Below, one piece after another: positions 30,731 through 39,499 of a stretch of 64,000 nt of DNA. Numbering within the stretch: the first letter of the stretch is position 1; every line of letters begins with the position of its first letter. The position numbers and the translations under genes were made by a program. The notes beneath the pieces are model-generated. The model ran no database searches. It was not told the DNA's origin and worked only from the letters and a program-made list of their open reading frames with translations. This stretch comes from Spirochaetia bacterium (GTDB lineage: Bacteria > Spirochaetota > Spirochaetia > SZUA-6 > Bin103): assembly GCA_965199955.1 (NCBI GenBank), contig CBDATQ010000001.1:832001-896000 (forward strand). The letters run 5' to 3'.

Positions 30731-32838
30731 TCTGCCTCCAGGGTCATGCAGCCGTGATCGGCCGCGGCGGCGCGCCAGCCGGGCGGCACCACCGTGGTCG
30801 AGTCGTATTCCTCGACGATCAGCGGGCCGTTGATGGCGCCGGAGCGCAGGGCGGGACGGTCGACCACGGGCGTGGACAGCCAGCCTTGGCCGGGGCCGAA
30901 GTAGACGCGGCGGTCGGCCGGGGAGTGCGCCGGTCCCGTGGCGGGTAGGTCGCCACTCGGGTCGGTGGCGGCCGGCGAGCGGTCCCGGTCCGCGGCACCC
31001 CGGCCGATCACCCGCAGGCTCACGACGTGCACCGGCTCCGGGACGCTGTAGCCGTAGGTGCGCTGGTGCTCGCGCGTGAAGGCGGACTCGATCGCCGGCA
31101 ACTCCGCGGCGCTGAAGCGCTCGACCGGCAGGTCGACGGTGAGTTCCGAGGTCTGGCCCTCGTACTTCGCGTCCATCTGGATCTGCAACTGCTGCCGGGC
31201 GCCGTCGAACCCTTCGCGGGCCAGCAGCGCCCGGCACTCGCCGCCGATGCGGTCCAGGATCGCGTTGGCCCGCTCCACGTCGATCGCCGCCAGCGGCTGG
31301 TTGAGAGTCTGCACGAAGTGGTGCTCGACCTCCGCGAACAGCAGTCCGAAGGCGCTGAACACGCCGGGCGACCGAGGGACGATCACGCGGGCGATGCCAA
31401 GGCTCGACGCCAGGCCTGCCGCGTGCACGGGACCGCTGCCGCCGAAGGCGATCATCGCGAAGCGCCGCGGGTCGCGCCCGCGCTCGCTGGAAACCGCGCG
31501 CAGCGCCCCGCCCATCTTCGCGTTGGCCAGGGTGTGCACGCCCCAGGCCGCCTCGGTCTCCGTGAGGCCGGCCGGCTCCGCCAGGCGCTCGCGCAGTGCC
31601 GCGCGCGCCCGCTCGGCGTCGATCGGGAAGGTGCCGCCGAGCAGGTGCTCGGGATTCAGGAAGCCCAGCGCCACGTCGGCGTCGGAGACGGTCGGCTCGG
31701 TGCCGCCCGCGCCGTAGCAGACCGGGCCGGGCACCGCGCCGGCGGAGTGGGGCCCGATCTGCAGGCCGCCCGCGCGGTCCACCCAGGCGATGCTGCCGCC
31801 GCCGGCCGACATCTCGGCGATGTCGATGGTCGGCACGCGCAGCACGTAGCCGGCGCCGCGCAGCAAGCGGTGGCCGGCGTTCATGCCGCCGCCCACCTCG
31901 CACTCGGGCGCCAGCAGCACCTGGTTGCCCTCGACGATCGACGCCTTGGCCGTGGTGCCGCCCATGTCGAAGGTGATCAGGTCGGCCTGGCCGAGGCGGG
32001 TGCCCATCTCTGCGGCGCCGATGACGCCGGCGGCGGGGCCGGACTCGATGCAGTACATGGGCTTGCGCGCGGCCAGCTCGACCGGCATCAACCCCCCGTT
32101 GGACTGCATCACGGTCACCGGCGCAGTGGTGCCGGCGCGGCGCAGCCCGGCGACCAGCCGCTGCAGGTAGCGCTCCACGACCGGTCGGATGTAGCCGTTG
32201 ACGACGGTGGTGCTGGTGCGCTCGTACTCGCGCGCTTCGGGCAGCAGTTCGCTGGACAGGGAGACGTCCACGGCGGGCAACGCGGCGCGAAGCGCCTCGC
32301 CCATGCGCTGCTCGTGCTCGGGGTTGGCGTAGGAGTGCAGCAGGCAGACCGCCACGGAGGAGACGCCCAAGTCGCGTACCGCGGCCACCGCGCGCTCAAC
32401 GTCACCGACGTCGAGCGGCGCGAGCACCCGGCCGCGCGCATCGACGCGCTCGCGCACCTCCAGGCGCAGGCGCCGCTCCACCAGCGGCGGCGGCTTGCGG
32501 TAGTAGAGGTCGTAGAGCCGGGGCGTGCGCAGCCGGGCGATCTCCAGCACGTCGCGGAACCCCTCGGTGGTGATCAGCGCCATCGGCGCGCCCTTGCCTT
32601 CCAGGATGGCGTTGGTCGCGACCGTGAAGCCGTGCACGATCTCGGCCACGCCGGCGGCGGGCAGGTCCAGCTCGGCTAGCGCGTCCGCGAGGCCGCGCAG
32701 CACGCCACGGCCGTAGTCGTCCGGCGTGCTCGCCACCTTGACCACGGAGGAACGGTCGCCTCCGGTTAGTGCGACGATGTCGGTGAAGGTGCCTCCGATG
32801 TCGACACCGACCCGGCATGCTGGCGTCGATTCAGTCAT
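30727..32838 (-). CDS. Hydantoinase A/oxoprolinase family protein
   Basis: DIGGTFTD, HSYANPEHE, REYER, SGPAAG, DMGGTTA, SAGAVPGPVCY. Confidence 0.93.
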   Translation of the reverse strand: MTESTPACRVGVDIGGTFTDIVALTGGDRSSVVKVASTPDDYGRGVLRGLADALAELDLPAAGVAEIVHGFTVATNAILEGKGAPMALITTEGFRDVLEIARLRTPRLYDLYYRKPPPLVERRLRLEVRERVDARGRVLAPLDVGDVERAVAAVRDLGVSSVAVCLLHSYANPEHEQRMGEALRAALPAVDVSLSSELLPEAREYERTSTTVVNGYIRPVVERYLQRLVAGLRRAGTTAPVTVMQSNGGLMPVELAARKPMYCIESGPAAGVIGAAEMGTRLGQADLITFDMGGTTAKASIVEGNQVLLAPECEVGGGMNAGHRLLRGAGYVLRVPTIDIAEMSAGGGSIAWVDRAGGLQIGPHSAGAVPGPVCYGAGGTEPTVSDADVALGFLNPEHLLGGTFPIDAERARAALRERLAEPAGLTETEAAWGVHTLANAKMGGALRAVSSERGRDPRRFAMIAFGGSGPVHAAGLASSLGIARVIVPRSPGVFSAFGLLFAEVEHHFVQTLNQPLAAIDVERANAILDRIGGECRALLAREGFDGARQQLQIQMDAKYEGQTSELTVDLPVERFSAAELPAIESAFTREHQRTYGYSVPEPVHVVSLRVIGRGAADRDRSPAATDPSGDLPATGPAHSPADRRVYFGPGQGWLSTPVVDRPALRSGAINGPLIVEEYDSTTVVPPGWRAAAADHGCMTLEAE

Positions 32839-32916
32839 GGTAATCCGGTCTCACGTCTTGATACTCGATACGGGCCCGCGGTATGGCCGATGCTGACCAT
32901 GCAGCCAGCACCGCGG

Positions 32917-33312
32917 TCAGGGGTTCGGCCTCCAGGAGCGGCGATCGACGCCGGCGACGTGATCGAAGTGTGAATCGTCGCTCAACAGCGGCAGAGCGTT
33001 CTGACGTGCCAGCGACGCGATCCAGACGTCGTTCTCCGGTATCGGGGTGCCAGCCGCCCTCAGCTCGTCACGGACCATGGCATAGACGCGCGACGTCGCT
33101 TCATCGATCACGAGAATGCGAACGTCGGCGAGGAACGCCTCCAGCTTGGCCGTCAGCGTCGCGCGCCGCGCGGAGCGCTGCAGTCCGTAACGGTACTCTC
33201 CGGTCACGATCACCGGTACGAAGAGTGAGTTCGCTTCCGCGGCCACCGCGCCGATCCCCGGTTCGTTCTTCAGAAACGCGGACAGAGCGTTGGTGTCGAG
33301 GATCACCGCCAC
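32917..33312 (-). CDS. vapC: VapC family PIN-domain toxin
   Basis: ILDTNA, GE..YG, GTPIPENDVWIA, DSHF. Confidence 0.9.
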   Translation of the reverse strand: MAVILDTNALSAFLKNEPGIGAVAAEANSLFVPVIVTGEYRYGLQRSARRATLTAKLEAFLADVRILVIDEATSRVYAMVRDELRAAGTPIPENDVWIASLARQNALPLLSDDSHFDHVAGVDRRSWRPNP

Positions 33313-33557
33313 AGAGACGGATCCACCGTCTCGAACTCTTCCTCGACGATACGCTCGATGGTGTCCACTTCGTCCGCATGGTCGAGTAACGCTCCAAGAT
33401 GCCTCATCCAGGGCTTTTCGTCGCCACCGTCCCTCAGCAGCCGCAACCGGTCAGCGATGGCGTCGCCGACGAATGCCCGCAGGGTCTGGCCGCGCGCCGC
33501 CGCTGTTGCCTTCGCGTCACGGAGCAGATGGTCGGGAAGCTCCACGGTGGTCTTCAT
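33303..33557 (-). CDS. VapB-like antitoxin
   Basis: MKTTVELPDHLLRDAKATAAARGQTL RHH-type N-terminus, acidic C-terminus, overlaps vapC. Confidence 0.8.
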   Translation of the reverse strand: MKTTVELPDHLLRDAKATAAARGQTLRAFVGDAIADRLRLLRDGGDEKPWMRHLGALLDHADEVDTIERIVEEEFETVDPSLWR

Positions 33558-33565
33558 CTCGATCC

Positions 33566-33585
33566 ATGCTACCCGTAAATACGGG
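33566..33585 (-). promoter_or_regulatory. vapBC promoter: palindrome CCCGTA-N2-TACGGG abutting -10 TAGCAT
   Basis: Minus strand CCCGTATTTACGGG-TAGCAT-GGATCGAG-ATG. Confidence 0.55.
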
Positions 33586-33624
33586 CGCCAGGCAATCGTG
33601 ACGGCATGAGCCGGCCCGGATTTC

Positions 33625-34200
33625 CTACTCCGTGTCGAGGAACGTCTCGGCCAGGGCGTACACGCAGGAGCTGCGGTCGCCGCCGATGGAGGAGCGCCAG
33701 ATGTCGCGGGTGAACGGCGCTCCCGGCACGCGGCGTCCGTTCAGGTGAATCTCCGCCTTCTCGGCGAAGTACAGGACGGTGAAGCACCAGTCGCCGGGGC
33801 GCAGGTGGCCGTGCGCGACCACCGGCAGCTCCGCGACGAACCAGCGCGCGGATACCTCGGTGCCGGCGAACCGGTAGCGCCAGCCGGATCCCGGCTGTCC
33901 CCCACCGGTGCGCTCGAAGGTGGCCTGCCGCACCGGCAGGTCGCCGTGGTGGTAGTCCGACCGGCCGGCGAAGAACCGCTCCCTGGCGAACGTGGCCGCG
34001 TCGTCGTTGTCGGTGGCGATCACGTGGGCGCCGTCCACACCCGGCACGTGAATGACCGCCACGTTACCCGGCCCGGCCGGGGAGACGCGCAGGTGGTAGT
34101 GGCTGACCACCGACGTTTCGTCCGAGCCCGGCTCGCGGATCATGCAGATCCAGTGCTCGCCGCTCCACGACAGGTCGCCCTGGACGATCTCCAGCGCCAT
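33625..34200 (-). CDS. Hypothetical protein (191 aa)
   Basis: Coding-like GC3 bias, 12 nt downstream of trxB; no family recognised. Confidence 0.7.
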   Translation of the reverse strand: MALEIVQGDLSWSGEHWICMIREPGSDETSVVSHYHLRVSPAGPGNVAVIHVPGVDGAHVIATDNDDAATFARERFFAGRSDYHHGDLPVRQATFERTGGGQPGSGWRYRFAGTEVSARWFVAELPVVAHGHLRPGDWCFTVLYFAEKAEIHLNGRRVPGAPFTRDIWRSSIGGDRSSCVYALAETFLDTE

Positions 34201-34212
34201 GGTTCGGCGCCG

Positions 34213-35151
34213 CTATCCGTGCGCGTCCAGGAAGCGCTCGGCTTCCAGGGCGGCCATGCAGCCGGTGCCGGCGGCGGTGACCGCCTGGCGGTAGACCTTG
34301 TCCTGGACGTCCCCGCAGGCGAACACGCCGGCCACGCTGGTGGCGGTGCTGTCGGCGGCGGTGAGCACGTAGCCGGTGTCGTCGGTGTCGAGCTGGCCTT
34401 CCAGGAACTCGGTGTTGGGCTGGTGACCGATGGCGAAGAAGAGGCCGCCGGCCTCCATCTCGCGCTCCTGGCCCGCGGCCTTGTCGCGCACGCGCACGCC
34501 GGCCAGCAACTGGTCGCCGAGCACCTCGACCAGCTCGGTCCGCCAGGAGATGCTGATCTTGTCGTTCTCCATGACCCGCTGCTGCATGGTCTTGGAGGCG
34601 CGCATCATGTCGCGCCGCACCAGCATGGTGACCGAGGAGCCGTAGCGGGTCAGGAACAGCGACTCCTCGCAGGCGGTGTCGCCGCCGCCGATCACGACCA
34701 GCGGCTTGTCGCGGAACACCGGCAGCGCGCCGTCACACACCGCGCACGCGGAGATCCCCTTCTGCCACAGCCGCTCCGTGCCCGGGACCTCCAGCCGCTT
34801 GGCGGTGGCGCCGGTGGCGATGATGAGGGTGCGCGCCCGCACGCTCTCGCCGTCGGCGACCACCGTGAACGGGCGCTCGCTCAGGTCCACGCGGTCGACG
34901 GTGACCGTCTCGATGCGGGCGCCGCAGTTCACCGACTGCTGGCGGTAGAGCTCGGTGAGCTCGATGCCGCCGACACCGGTCGGGAAGCCGGGATAGTTCT
35001 CGACGTCGGTGGTGGTGGTGAGCTGGCCGCCGGCCGCCACGCCGCCGGCCATGAAGCCCTCGTACAGCAACGGGTCCAGCAGGGCGCGGCCGGCGTAGAT
35101 GGCCGCCGTGTGCCCGGCCGGACCCGAGCCGACGATGACGACGTTTTCCAT
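34213..35151 (-). CDS. trxB: Thioredoxin-disulfide reductase
   Basis: GSGPAG, GGQL.TTTDVENYPGF, CAVC, GGGDTACEE, GVFACGDV. Confidence 0.95.
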   Translation of the reverse strand: MENVVIVGSGPAGHTAAIYAGRALLDPLLYEGFMAGGVAAGGQLTTTTDVENYPGFPTGVGGIELTELYRQQSVNCGARIETVTVDRVDLSERPFTVVADGESVRARTLIIATGATAKRLEVPGTERLWQKGISACAVCDGALPVFRDKPLVVIGGGDTACEESLFLTRYGSSVTMLVRRDMMRASKTMQQRVMENDKISISWRTELVEVLGDQLLAGVRVRDKAAGQEREMEAGGLFFAIGHQPNTEFLEGQLDTDDTGYVLTAADSTATSVAGVFACGDVQDKVYRQAVTAAGTGCMAALEAERFLDAHG

Positions 35152-35210
35152 GCGGCCGTTCCCGAAGGCGCCGTTCCCGGCCGCGTTGTCGGTCTTGCTC
35201 AGGGGTTGCC

Positions 35211-35819
35211 TCAGCTCGCCGCGGCGTAGCGCTCCGCGACCGCCGCCCAGTCGATCACGTTGTAGAACGCGGTGATGTAGTCGGGGCGCCGGTTCTGGTA
35301 GTTCAGGTAGTAGGCGTGCTCCCAGACGTCGATGCCCAGGATCGGGGTGTCGCCCTGGGACAGGGGGCTGTCCTGATTGCCGGTGCTGTAGACGGCCAGG
35401 TCGCCGCCGCTCTTGACCACCAGCCATGCCCATCCGGAGCCGAAGCGAGTGGTGGCCGCGTCCGTGAACGCCTCCTTGAAGCCGTCGAAGCTGCCGAAGG
35501 CCGCGTCGATCGCGCCGGCCAGGTCACCGGAGGGGGCACCGCCGCCGTTGGGGCCGATCACGGTCCAGAACAGCGTGTGGTTGGCGTGGCCGCCACCCTG
35601 GTTCTGCACCGCGGCCCGCTTGCCGTCGGGCACCGAGCCCAGGTTGCTGAGGATCGACTCGATCGACCGGCTCTCCAGGTCGGTGCCGGCGACCGCGTCG
35701 TTCAGCTTGCCGACGTAGGCGTCGTGGTGCTTGTCGTGGTGAATCCGCATCGTCTGCTCGTCGATGTGCGGCTCGAGGGCGTCGTATGCATAGGTGAGGG
35801 GAGGGACCGAGAAGGCCAT
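35211..35819 (-). CDS. sodA: Superoxide dismutase [Mn/Fe]
   Basis: [31 protein letters not shown]. Confidence 0.95.
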   Translation of the reverse strand: MAFSVPPLTYAYDALEPHIDEQTMRIHHDKHHDAYVGKLNDAVAGTDLESRSIESILSNLGSVPDGKRAAVQNQGGGHANHTLFWTVIGPNGGGAPSGDLAGAIDAAFGSFDGFKEAFTDAATTRFGSGWAWLVVKSGGDLAVYSTGNQDSPLSQGDTPILGIDVWEHAYYLNYQNRRPDYITAFYNVIDWAAVAERYAAAS

Positions 35820-35861
35820 GGGTAGACTCCTGTTTCGGGTCTGGATTTGGCCGTGAGGATA

Positions 35862-36959
35862 CTAACCGGCCGTTTTCACCGTCAACTCGACGGCGCCGTT
35901 TCGGCGGGTCGCCCAGGCATCGGCCGTGGCCAGCGCGTGCGCCCGATCGCGCGCCCGCCGCAGCGACTCCGCGCCGATCACGGGGCCGACGATCCGCTCC
36001 ACGTCGGCCACCGAGCGGGTCTCCATCAGCTCCATGCGTAGCCGCCTGGCGCCAGGAAAGCCGCCGACGTAGGCCTTGAAGTGGCGCCGCATGTCGACGA
36101 AGTTCTTGCGGCCCGCGAACAGCAGGTCGTACACCAGCGCGTGCGCGAGCATCGTCTCCACCGCCGCCTGCAGGTCCGCAGGCCCGCCGGCCGCGGAGAA
36201 CAGCCAGGGATTGCCGAACACGCCGCGGCCGATCATCACGCCGTCGGCGCCGGTCTCGGCGGCCAGCGCGCGGCCCTGCTCCAGCGAGCACACGTCGCCG
36301 TTGCCGACGATCGGCACGCCCGTGCCGTGCGCCAGCTCGCACGCCCGCCGCACCGCGTCCCAGTGGGCGGGGACCTCGGAACGCTCCTTGATCGTGCGGG
36401 CGTGGATGGCGATCGCCGCCGGGCGCGCGCTCAGGAGCCGGCCGATCCACTCCTCGACGATGTCGGAGGCGTCCCCGATGCGGGTCTTCACCGACACCGG
36501 CAGATCGCCGGCGCCGGCCCGCGTCGCGTCGATGATCTCGATGGCGAGGTCGGGATCGCGGATCAGCGCGGCGCCGGCCTTCTGGCGCAGGACCGCCCGG
36601 TCGGGGCAGCCCATGTTGATGTCCACCCCGTCGAAGCCGAGCTCGACCGCCAGCTCCGCGCAGCGCCGGAACTGCTCCGGGACCGAGCCGAAGAACTGCG
36701 CGATCACCGGCCGCTCGCACTCGGCGAACTCCAGGTCGACCATCAGCCGCGCCGCGCCGCGCGAGCACAGGCCGGCCACCGACGTGAACTCCGTGTAGAC
36801 GGCGTGCGGGCTCGAGCACTCGGTGATGACGCGGCGGAAGGCGGTGTCGGTGGCGTTGGCCATCGGCGCCACCACGAAAAACGGCCGCGGCAGGTCGTCC
36901 CAGAAGGAACGGGCATGGACGGCCGGCCGGTCGCCCGCGTGTAGTATGGTGCCGCTCAT
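35862..36959 (-). CDS. dus: tRNA-dihydrouridine synthase
   Basis: APMA, INMGCP, SVKTRIG, IHART, GNGD, GVMIGRG..GNPWLF. Confidence 0.92.
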   Translation of the reverse strand: MSGTILHAGDRPAVHARSFWDDLPRPFFVVAPMANATDTAFRRVITECSSPHAVYTEFTSVAGLCSRGAARLMVDLEFAECERPVIAQFFGSVPEQFRRCAELAVELGFDGVDINMGCPDRAVLRQKAGAALIRDPDLAIEIIDATRAGAGDLPVSVKTRIGDASDIVEEWIGRLLSARPAAIAIHARTIKERSEVPAHWDAVRRACELAHGTGVPIVGNGDVCSLEQGRALAAETGADGVMIGRGVFGNPWLFSAAGGPADLQAAVETMLAHALVYDLLFAGRKNFVDMRRHFKAYVGGFPGARRLRMELMETRSVADVERIVGPVIGAESLRRARDRAHALATADAWATRRNGAVELTVKTAG

Positions 36960-37839
36960 GACGCCGAAGCCGGAGTGGCTGCGGGTGCGCTTGTCATCCG
37001 ACCCGAGCTATTTCCAGGTCCGCGAAATCGTCCGTTCACAGAAGCTCCATACCGTATGCGAAGAGGCGCGCTGCCCCAACATCCACGAGTGCTGGGGCAC
37101 GCACGGCACCGCCACCTTCATGATACTGGGCAATGCATGCACCCGGCGCTGCCGCTTCTGCTCCGTGGAGACCGGCCTGCCCGGCAGCGTGGACGCCGAC
37201 GAGCCGCGACGCGTCGCCGAGTCGGTGGTGCAGATGGGGCTCCGCCACGTGGTGGTCACCATGGTGGCGCGCGACGACCTGAGCGACGGCGGCGCCGAAG
37301 CCATAGCCGACACGGTGCGGGCGATCCGCTTCGCCGCTCCCGGCTGCCGGATCGAGGTGCTGCCCTCCGACCTGGCCGGCCCGGACCTCATCGTCGATCC
37401 CTCCTCGGTGGAGACGCTGGTCGACAGCGGCCCGGACATCATCGCCCACAACCTGGAGACGATCCGCAGGCTGACGCCGGCGGTGCGCTCGCACTCCGAC
37501 TACGACCGCTCGCTCGGCTTCCTGCGCACCGTCAAGGAGCTGTCCCCGAAGCCGGTCACCAAGTCCAGCCTGATGCTGGGGCTGGGCGAGGAGGAAGGCG
37601 AGGTCGTCGAGGCCATGGACGACCTGCGCGCGAACGGCGTGGACATCCTCAATCTGGGCCAGTACCTGCAGCCGGGGCGCACGCAGTTGCGCGTCAAGCG
37701 CTTCTGGCGGCCGGACGAATTCGACCGGCTGAAGCGCATCGCCCTGGACCGTGGCTTCCGCCACTGCGACTCGGGTCCGTTCGTCCGCTCCAGCTACCAC
37801 GCCGAGGAACAGGCCGTAGCGGCCGCATGCCCCGCCTGA
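36958..37839 (+). CDS. lipA: Lipoyl synthase
   Basis: KPEWL, CEEARCPNIHEC, CTRRCRFC, GQYLQP, RSSY. Confidence 0.95.
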   Translation: MTPKPEWLRVRLSSDPSYFQVREIVRSQKLHTVCEEARCPNIHECWGTHGTATFMILGNACTRRCRFCSVETGLPGSVDADEPRRVAESVVQMGLRHVVVTMVARDDLSDGGAEAIADTVRAIRFAAPGCRIEVLPSDLAGPDLIVDPSSVETLVDSGPDIIAHNLETIRRLTPAVRSHSDYDRSLGFLRTVKELSPKPVTKSSLMLGLGEEEGEVVEAMDDLRANGVDILNLGQYLQPGRTQLRVKRFWRPDEFDRLKRIALDRGFRHCDSGPFVRSSYHAEEQAVAAACPA

Positions 37840-37962
37840 GGAGTCGCGGCGACGATGGGTGCAGTCTCGATACGGGCGACCGGGATCCAGGCACCTCAAC
37901 GGGCACCCAACCAGTTGGTGATATGCCGGCTTGCCGAACGGGCGGCGTTCCAGGGGTAAGGC

Positions 37963-38163
37963 GTGAGCACGATTGAGGAGCTCAAGGCAGAGATAGAGCG
38001 GCTTCCCGGCGACGAGCGTGCCGAGCTGGCGCGATGGCTCTTAGAACGTCGGTGGGAGCGCTGGGACACCCAGATCAAGGCTGATTCGCGAGCTGGAAGC
38101 CTGGATTTCCTGATCGATGAAGCCCGAGTGGAGAAGTCTGAGGGCAGCCTCAAGAATTTGTAA
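37963..38163 (+). CDS. Small putative antitoxin-like protein (orphan)
   Basis: MSTIEELKAEIERLP...WDTQIKADSRAGSLDFL pattern, recalled from small genes that precede ParE/RelE-like toxins; lower GC. Confidence 0.55.
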   Translation: MSTIEELKAEIERLPGDERAELARWLLERRWERWDTQIKADSRAGSLDFLIDEARVEKSEGSLKNL

Positions 38164-38165
38164 GT

Positions 38166-39062
38166 CTACCCCCGCAGCGAGGGCGTCCAGTGCGCCTGGC
38201 CGGCCTCCGCTTTCTCGCGGTCCATGCGGGCCAGGATCGCCAGGCCGAGCAGGGCCATCTGCCGGGCCGTGTCGTGGCCGGCGCCGGCGGTGAACTTCTC
38301 GCCGGTCACCAGGTTGTCTGCCACCGAGCAGATCGATCCGCCGCGCTTGCCGAACAGCAGCGGCAGGGTGACCAGCGCTGCCGACTCGCGATCCCCGTTG
38401 AGCACGCCGGCGCGCCGGTAGTAGTCGATCACCTCCAGGTGCTCGGGCTGCATGTAGCCGCCGACCGATGGCCGCCCGACGCCGCAGAAGTCGCTGTCGC
38501 TGGAGCGGGTGATGCCGACGTGGTAGCGGGCGCCCAAGTCCTCGCCGGCCTGCGCCAGGGCCATCACGATCTCCGGGCTGGCGGCGGCGGGGAAGGAGGG
38601 GCGCACGTACGCCTGCGTCATGCCCTCGTCCCTGACCACGCCGTGGCTGATCACGACGTCACCGGGCCGCACCGATTCGTGCATGCCGCCCGAGCCGCCC
38701 AGGCGCAGGTAGGCGGTGGCGGCGGTGTTCTCCAGGAACTCGTGCAGGACCAGCTCGGCCTCCGGTGAGCCGCTGCCGCCGGAGACCACGGTCACGTGGG
38801 CGTCCTCGTAGCGACCGCTGTAGGTGGTGAACATGCCGGTGCGGGCGACCAGCTCGCCGTCGTCCAGGTGGCCGGCGACCTGCTGCGCGGGGTCCTCCTC
38901 GTAGGCGCACAGGGGGTCGCGCACGGTGATGATGACGTAGTCGCCGATGCGCTCGGGGTCGATGCCGGTCAACGCCGGCCGGCCGTCGATCAGCAGGCCG
39001 CGGCGCGGCACGTTGGCGGCGTACTCGTAGCGCCGGTAGAGCTTGTCGACTGCGTCACTCAC
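38166..39062 (-). CDS. Nucleoside phosphorylase superfamily protein (Udp-like, divergent active site)
   Basis: GGSGSPEAEL, RLGGSGG, PGDVVI...VVRDEGMT, YHVGITRSSD, DRESAAL. Confidence 0.8.
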   Translation of the reverse strand: MSDAVDKLYRRYEYAANVPRRGLLIDGRPALTGIDPERIGDYVIITVRDPLCAYEEDPAQQVAGHLDDGELVARTGMFTTYSGRYEDAHVTVVSGGSGSPEAELVLHEFLENTAATAYLRLGGSGGMHESVRPGDVVISHGVVRDEGMTQAYVRPSFPAAASPEIVMALAQAGEDLGARYHVGITRSSDSDFCGVGRPSVGGYMQPEHLEVIDYYRRAGVLNGDRESAALVTLPLLFGKRGGSICSVADNLVTGEKFTAGAGHDTARQMALLGLAILARMDREKAEAGQAHWTPSLRG

Positions 39063-39490
39063 GTTCCTTTCTCCTCTTCGCTCACGGACGCGGCCGGCAG
39101 AAGCTGCACGTGGAGCTGGCGGTCGCGCGGGCCGTCGAACTCCATGAAGTAGACCGCTTGGGAGTGGCCGAGCACGAGCTCGCCGTCTTCGACGATCAGG
39201 CTGAGCGAGACGCCGACCAGAGTGGACTTGATGTGGCCGGCCGCATCCTGCGGCGTGTCGTGCTGGTGCTTGAAGTCGATCCGCGTCGGCACCAGCCGCG
39301 CCAGCTCGTCGGCGACGTCCTCCAGCCCGAGCGGGTCGGGAAACGACAGCACCGCGAGTCCGGCGGTGGTGTGTGGGATGGTCGCGACCAGCGCGCCAGC
39401 TCGCATGCCGCTCTGCACGACCGCGGCGTGGAGCGCGTCGGTCACCTCGTGCGGACCGTTGCCGGGTGTGCGAAATCGGTGGGTATGCAT
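39059..39490 (-). CDS. yjbQ: YjbQ/UPF0047 family protein
   Basis: PHTTAG, HQHD...AAGHIKSTLVG, LGHSQAVYFMEFDGPR. Confidence 0.88.
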   Translation of the reverse strand: MHTHRFRTPGNGPHEVTDALHAAVVQSGMRAGALVATIPHTTAGLAVLSFPDPLGLEDVADELARLVPTRIDFKHQHDTPQDAAGHIKSTLVGVSLSLIVEDGELVLGHSQAVYFMEFDGPRDRQLHVQLLPAASVSEEEKGT

Positions 39491-39499
39491 GGTTTCCTT

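Noticed and set aside
32864..37877. 12-bp match CTCGATACGGGC at 32864 and 37866, both near TA-related genes, considered as a cassette or att site
   Set aside because: 12-mer matches are expected by chance in 64 kb; no attC-like structure and no integrase in the window
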